Shown here: one piece after another, positions 7,508-11,536 of the stretch
Layout: every line of letters begins with the position of its first letter
Position numbering within the stretch: the first letter of the stretch is position 1
Origin: Planctomycetota bacterium
GTDB taxonomy: Bacteria; Planctomycetota; GCA-002687715; DRQF01
Length of the DNA: 11,536 nt
NCBI GenBank assembly: GCA_027001995.1
Contig: JALTLO010000060.1
Coordinates: forward strand, 1 to 11,536
Direction of reading: 5' to 3'
Notes under the pieces: generated by a model
What the model was told of the DNA's origin: nothing
Seen by the model: only the letters and a program-made list of their open reading frames with translations
Database searches by the model: none
Translations under genes and position numbers: made by a program

Positions 7508-8239
7508 ATGGCAAAGACGCCTGGGACACAAGAGAAACAAAAGGCTAAGGAAGTGGGTCGGAGTGGTCTCATCGCCTTAGCGATTATTGTTGGAGTCCTG
7601 GCCCTCGTATCTTCTTTGGTCTCACTCGCTTTTTATTATTCAGATTCAATCGCGGCCCGTTTTGTCTCGGAGCAGAATGTGACGGCGGACCAAGATTTGG
7701 CAACCGTTTACCAGCGAAGAGCGACAACCTTATCTCCAAGTCATCTAGCACGGGCGGTGATGGGGGATGCGTTTGGCCGGATCGACTATGACTCCTTCCT
7801 CGCAGCCGAACCTTGGTTGTCGGTGAGGCGATCCATGACACTTCGTCTCATCGCTTATGGTTTGATTGTCTTGGGGGCTCTTTTGACCTTCGCTGCGAAA
7901 TCCCGGGGGCCTCGCATCATGTTGGGAGCTTGCCTCATTCTTGTCCTTCATGGTTTCTTTGAATCCCTCATAATCTTCTCCCATGGTCAAGCTATTGCCG
8001 CAGAGTTTAGCCGAGACTTAGCTGGGAAGGTTATGGAAGTCGTCGAGGCGGCGAAGTTGGAAAGCAACTACACAGGACGGGCAATCGCCTTTCGTCCTTT
8101 GGAGCCTAACGAGTGGAAGTTTGCTGTTGGGATTTACTTTGTGGTGGTGACGATTTTCTGGCAAATCGCGGCCGTGGCATTGGCGTTATTCAAGCCGCCG
8201 AGCAAGCAAGAGAATACAGAAGAGAAGGCAGTGCAATGA
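7508..8239 (+). CDS. Hypothetical integral membrane protein, about 4 TM helices (243 aa)
   Basis: Four hydrophobic segments (GLIALAIIVGVLALVSSLVSLAFYY; LIAYGLIVLGALLTFAA; IMLGACLILVLHGFFESLIIF; FAVGIYFVVVTIFWQIAAVALALF). Abuts the upstream gene (TAGATG) and overlaps the downstream gene (ATGA). Confidence 0.8.
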   Translation: MAKTPGTQEKQKAKEVGRSGLIALAIIVGVLALVSSLVSLAFYYSDSIAARFVSEQNVTADQDLATVYQRRATTLSPSHLARAVMGDAFGRIDYDSFLAAEPWLSVRRSMTLRLIAYGLIVLGALLTFAAKSRGPRIMLGACLILVLHGFFESLIIFSHGQAIAAEFSRDLAGKVMEVVEAAKLESNYTGRAIAFRPLEPNEWKFAVGIYFVVVTIFWQIAAVALALFKPPSKQENTEEKAVQ

Positions 8240-8931
8240 CTTTCCGAATGACCACGATACTACTTTGCGTTCTCTGCTTTTTGGGAGCTTGTTCTACAAC
8301 GGCGTCAGAGCCTCCTGCTTCTGAAATTGAGGTTGCGGCAGGCAAGCTCTTGCAAGCAAAGGAATATCGCAAAGCACTGCAAGCGTTTTCTAAGATCGCC
8401 TATGACGGACCGGGTAGCCACCGTGCCCTGGTCGGTATGGCTATCTGTTATGCCCACTTGAGAGACCGGGATCGTTTTGAAGCCTTTGCGCTCGAGGCTG
8501 CAGCCCAATCACCCTTGGTGGTTTCGTCTTACTATCGCTTGGGTGTCATGTATGTCTTGGCTGCGGAACGTTTTCGACGGGACCTCGGAGGTTTTCGTTA
8601 TGCTCAAATTGGAATCGAATATCTCCGTCGGGTGTTTGCCGCTCAAGCGGATTTCCATGCCGATTTAATTCCAACTCTTGGTTTAGGGTTGCATCTATCC
8701 GGTGATCATAAAGGGGCTTTGATCATGTTAGAGGAAGGGTTGCGACAGCAACCAGGTCGGGTGGATGTGATCCACACTATGTTGCTGGCCTATCGGGAGC
8801 TTGGAAATAAAGAAAGGGTGAAGGAGTTGTTGTCGCCTTATAAGGAAAGGGAAGAATTGCCTGATTCTTGGGCGCGCTTGTGGGCTTGGGCCGATGCCAA
8901 GAAGGCTGTGCCGAGTCCGGGTTCTCCTTGA
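8236..8931 (+). CDS. TPR-like helical-repeat lipoprotein (231 aa)
   Basis: Start moved from 8113 to ATG 8236, giving an ATGA overlap with the upstream stop and the lipobox MTFRMTTILLCVLCFLGA|C. TPR-like segments: AGKLLQAKEYRKALQAF, ALVGMAICYAHL, YYRLGVMY, LGLGLHLSGDHKGALIMLEEGLRQQP. Confidence 0.8.
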   Translation: MTFRMTTILLCVLCFLGACSTTASEPPASEIEVAAGKLLQAKEYRKALQAFSKIAYDGPGSHRALVGMAICYAHLRDRDRFEAFALEAAAQSPLVVSSYYRLGVMYVLAAERFRRDLGGFRYAQIGIEYLRRVFAAQADFHADLIPTLGLGLHLSGDHKGALIMLEEGLRQQPGRVDVIHTMLLAYRELGNKERVKELLSPYKEREELPDSWARLWAWADAKKAVPSPGSP

Positions 8932-8972
8932 CAAGAAGTAAGCTTATCATCGTGAGATATAAATGATGTGGC

Positions 8973-9000
8973 TTTACAGGAGCTGTGGAATCATTATGAT
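8973..9000 (+). promoter_or_regulatory. Putative sigma70-type promoter for the response regulator
   Basis: TTTACA (8973-8978), 16-nt spacer, TATGAT (8995-9000), in an AT-rich spacer. The dyad ATCAT-T-ATGAT (8990-9000) overlaps the -10. Confidence 0.4.
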
Positions 9001-9040
9001 ACAAGTCATTGCCAAGAACCGTTGATCGAGAGTGCCCCAA

Positions 9041-9790
9041 ATGATGACCACAAAAGATTCTGTGTCTACCCGTGCCATTTCCGCTGGGCGCCCAACCATT
9101 TTGCTTGTTGAAGATGAGCCTGACATTGCTTCGGTGATGAGGTTAAATCTAGAACGTGCCGGGCTGACGGTTGAGTGGGCAGGAAGTGGTGAAGAAGCCT
9201 TAGAGCGATTGGAGCAACCAGGGATCGATTTGGTGCTTCTTGATGTGATCTTGCCTGGGGTCGACGGCCATGGCGTTTGCCAACAAATTCGTTCCAACGA
9301 TGAAACGAAGAGCATTCCTGTAATCATGGTCACATCTCTGACGGAAGAGTCGGACATGATCGTGGGGTTGGGTTTAGGGGCTGATGACTACATCCGCAAA
9401 CCATTTTCAGGGCCCGAACTTGTCGCCCGTGCTAAGGCAGCGATACGCCGTGGACGAAACAAGGGTCGCTCAACGGATGAGTCAGAGCTTTTGACTTTGG
9501 GGGAGCTCCAAGTCAACAACGCTCGCCACGCTTGCACCATTGCTGGCGAGCAAGTTCCATTAACCATGGCAGAATATCGTTTGCTTTATTTCCTCATGGT
9601 TAATCCAGAGAGCGCGTTCACAAGGCAAGAGCTCTTGCCCCATGTGGTGGGGGAAGGTGTCTATGTCATTGATCGGAACATCGATGTTCATGTTCGTAAT
9701 TTGCGCAAGAAAATTGGCCCTTATGCCGTTTGTATCGTGACGGTTCGTGGAATCGGTTACCGGTTCGACGCCAACAACTTCGCAGGTTAA
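9041..9790 (+). CDS. OmpR/PhoB-family DNA-binding response regulator (PhoB/PhoP-like)
   Basis: Receiver motifs ILLVEDE, DLVLLDVILP, IPVIMVT and GADDYIRKPF; winged-helix motifs LTMAEYRLL, DRNIDVHVRNLRKK and IVTVRGIGYRF. Start is uncertain (GTG 9032, ATG 9041 or ATG 9044); 9041 has GAGAG 8 nt upstream. Confidence 0.93.
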   Translation: MMTTKDSVSTRAISAGRPTILLVEDEPDIASVMRLNLERAGLTVEWAGSGEEALERLEQPGIDLVLLDVILPGVDGHGVCQQIRSNDETKSIPVIMVTSLTEESDMIVGLGLGADDYIRKPFSGPELVARAKAAIRRGRNKGRSTDESELLTLGELQVNNARHACTIAGEQVPLTMAEYRLLYFLMVNPESAFTRQELLPHVVGEGVYVIDRNIDVHVRNLRKKIGPYAVCIVTVRGIGYRFDANNFAG

Positions 9791-9802
9791 GGATTCTCAA
9801 TT

Positions 9803-9834
9803 GGTTCTTTGAGCGCTATCGCTCAGATCCTTTT
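9803..9834 (+). terminator. Possible weak intrinsic terminator after the response regulator
   Basis: TGAGCG-ctat-CGCTCA hairpin (9810-9825), imperfectly extendable to GG/CC, followed by only four T (9831-9834). Confidence 0.35.
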
Positions 9835-9859
9835 CACCAACCCAAAAAACACAGACACG

Positions 9860-10063
9860 TCTTGGCTAGCCCTGCGTCAATAGGGTGGTTGGGTCATTTT
9901 ACACCAACAAAGCTTCAGATTATGGGTGATATTGGGGGTTTTACCTCGAAAAAACGCTCAGATGAGAATAAAGCCTGAAATATGGTTGTTGGCTCAACTA
10001 AATGGTCTGACTGCTGGGAGAACACCTTCGGCTCCTGGATTGCTCAGCGTGCTAGTCCCAAGA
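9860..10063 (+). ncRNA. Candidate rod-shaped structured RNA (about 200 nt), family not recognised
   Basis: Nested in-register helices traced by eye, including 16 contiguous pairs 9884-9899/10000-10015 (7 G-U) and CCAACAA/TTGTTGG. No convincing ORF covers the region. Confidence 0.3.
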
Positions 10064-10106
10064 GAGATGCAATCTTTTGGAAGACTGAGAAAAGGACACA
10101 TACAAA

Positions 10107-11108
10107 ATGGCGAATTCAAATTCTACTCCCATGGGCCATCCCCTTGGATCGAATCCCCCAACACAAGCGATGAGTGGCAGCGATTGGGTACAGTTGTTTC
10201 AAGTTGACGGTCTTTCTTTGCTTTTGGGCGCAGGAGTCGCCATCGATGATTTGGTCATGGGGGCATCCACAGAAAAATTGAGACAACTCGCTGACGAGGA
10301 TGTTCTCGATATTCGTGCCAATTTAGGTGCTAATCGACGTTGCTTGGCTCTCGCCCTACACCATGAACGTGCAAAAAAGGGCTCGATCCTTGTGGACTTG
10401 GACGGGGATCGCCATGACGCCCATACGACTGTGGCAAGGTTGGTGAGCATCTTGTCCGAGCTAGCTAGTTCAGCCGAGGCGAAAACGTTTCGCGACAGTA
10501 TTCGAGCTAGCACCGTCTTTGTCGACAATGTGCAGTTCCTCTGCGACACATCCATTGCGGCGCTTCAAGGTTTGATCGAACGTCGGATTGAGGGAGGTGT
10601 TGTGCCTCGCTTGATGGTGGGCACTGTGGCTGGCTGTGAAGCTAAGTTGATTGGCCTCGCGACCTTCAATGTGGCCCCCTTAAGTGAGCGTCCCGAGGAC
10701 GTTGAAGCATTCGTCACACGCCGTTTTCAATCGCGACGCAATAGCCCATCTGTGGGGGAAGATGCCATGTCAGTTCTGCGCAACTGGAGCTGGCCAAGAG
10801 AAGAAGTTGAACTCCTCAACTTTGTCGACCGAGCTCAACTGATGTATGCCAATCAGACTGTTTCGGCTGAAGCAGCAGAGGAGATCCTGACAGGAAATGT
10901 CCAGGGATCTCGCCCGGATCAACTATTGGCAGACGTGGAAGAAGCTCATATTTACCGAGTATTGGAGCACCACAATTGGAATCGGACTCGAAGCGCGAAG
11001 GCCTTGGGGATCGATGTGAAGACCCTTTACAACAAATTGCGCCGCTATGAATCGAAGAAACGTCTTCAGGCTAATCAAGCTCATTCTGATTCCCACACTC
11101 ACCCATGA
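10107..11108 (+). CDS. Fis-family HTH regulator with a degenerate sigma54-activator-like (NtrC-type) AAA+ domain (333 aa)
   Basis: The C-terminal LADVEEAHIYRVLEHHNWNRTRSAKALGIDVKTLYNKLRRY is a typical NtrC/Fis HTH. APLSERPEDV and AMSVLRNWSWPREEVELLNFVDRA correspond to the PPLRERxEDI and YxWPGNVREL lid motifs. AAGGA RBS upstream. Confidence 0.85.
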   Translation: MANSNSTPMGHPLGSNPPTQAMSGSDWVQLFQVDGLSLLLGAGVAIDDLVMGASTEKLRQLADEDVLDIRANLGANRRCLALALHHERAKKGSILVDLDGDRHDAHTTVARLVSILSELASSAEAKTFRDSIRASTVFVDNVQFLCDTSIAALQGLIERRIEGGVVPRLMVGTVAGCEAKLIGLATFNVAPLSERPEDVEAFVTRRFQSRRNSPSVGEDAMSVLRNWSWPREEVELLNFVDRAQLMYANQTVSAEAAEEILTGNVQGSRPDQLLADVEEAHIYRVLEHHNWNRTRSAKALGIDVKTLYNKLRRYESKKRLQANQAHSDSHTHP

Positions 11109-11135
11109 TCTCTGTGGTTTAGGTGGTCCATCTTA

Positions 11136-11536
11136 TTAGCGGTCACAGAGTTGACGATAGAAGCAGCGTTCACAGGTTGATGGATCATCAATCATGGGAA
11201 AGGCTGCTTCTTTTTCTTTGGGTGTGTTGGAATCGATGTCCGCCAGCAAAGTGTGGAGGGTTTCGAAGTTTGATTCGATCTCCTCTTCGATGAAAGCCAT
11301 GCGATCATCATTGCAGGGGTACTCACAAATATCATCGGTCTTCAGGTAATATCCGAAGAGGCGGATGTCGTTGGCATCGAAGCCCCAGGTGTCCCGGGCA
11401 TAGAGGGCATATGACAAGAGCTGAAGTTCGTCGTGCTCGTTCTTCTTGCCGGTTTTCCAGTCCCAAATTTCACACTTGCCATCTTTTCGTCTCGCGAAGT
11501 CTGGCAAGGCCCAAATGGTTTGGCCATTGAGTTTGA
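11136..11536 (-). CDS. PD-(D/E)XK nuclease-family protein, RecB/Cas4/AddB-like (5' end lies beyond the right window edge)
   Basis: Frame is open to the edge: KLNGQTIWALPDFARRKDGKCEIWDWKTGK...LQLLSYALYA...CERCFYRQLCDR. Shows PD, DWK, QxxxY and C-terminal CxxC-x5-C motifs. The TTG at 11507 in the ORF track is probably internal. Confidence 0.85.
   Translation of the reverse strand, partial: KLNGQTIWALPDFARRKDGKCEIWDWKTGKKNEHDELQLLSYALYARDTWGFDANDIRLFGYYLKTDDICEYPCNDDRMAFIEEEIESNFETLHTLLADIDSNTPKEKEAAFPMIDDPSTCERCFYRQLCDR

Noticed and set aside
8113..8235. Upstream extension of the TPR-like ORF in the track
   Set aside because: It overlaps the membrane-protein gene by over 120 nt and would hide the lipoprotein signal; ATG 8236 fits better.
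8928..8933. Perfect TTGACA overlapping the stop of the TPR-like gene
   Set aside because: No -10-like hexamer at 16-18 nt spacing (TATCAT is at 11 nt, TATAAA at 24 nt).
9730..10207. Small ORFs 9730..9978, 9926..10207 and 9982..10173
   Set aside because: They use non-ATG starts, overlap neighbouring genes and have no recognisable motifs.
1..11536. CRISPR array, IS or prophage elements, tRNA or rRNA, sigma54 (-24/-12) promoters
   Set aside because: I saw no regularly spaced repeats, transposase or integrase ORFs, or cloverleaf signatures. The TGGC sites I checked (near 2736 and 9863) lack GC at the required GG-N10-GC spacing.

Overview
Bacterial chromosomal window; the L33 variant and the secreted-protein style suggest Planctomycetota (inference only). 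Left to right: a partial SLC34/NptA-type Na+/phosphate cotransporter (minus strand, absent from the ORF track because it runs off the edge); two tandem, anciently duplicated secreted ~420-aa paralogs with a nidogen/NIDO-like motif; a RecQ-family helicase with an atypical C-terminus; a YqgE/AlgH (UPF0301) protein; a stand-alone rpmG; a tightly coupled three-gene envelope cluster (lipoprotein, 4-TM protein, TPR-like lipoprotein); an OmpR/PhoB-type response regulator with no adjacent kinase; an NtrC/Fis-like regulator whose AAA+ motifs are degenerate; and the 3' part of a PD-(D/E)XK nuclease. I saw no CRISPR array, mobile element, tRNA or rRNA. The most unusual signals are long imperfect, G-U-rich hairpin 'rods' filling several intergenic spacers (clearest at 4045-4158, which buries the recQ RBS, and 9860-10063), the pseudo-ATPase enhancer-binding-like protein, and the uncharacterised NIDO-like tandem pair. 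All pairings were traced by eye; no folding program or database search was run.
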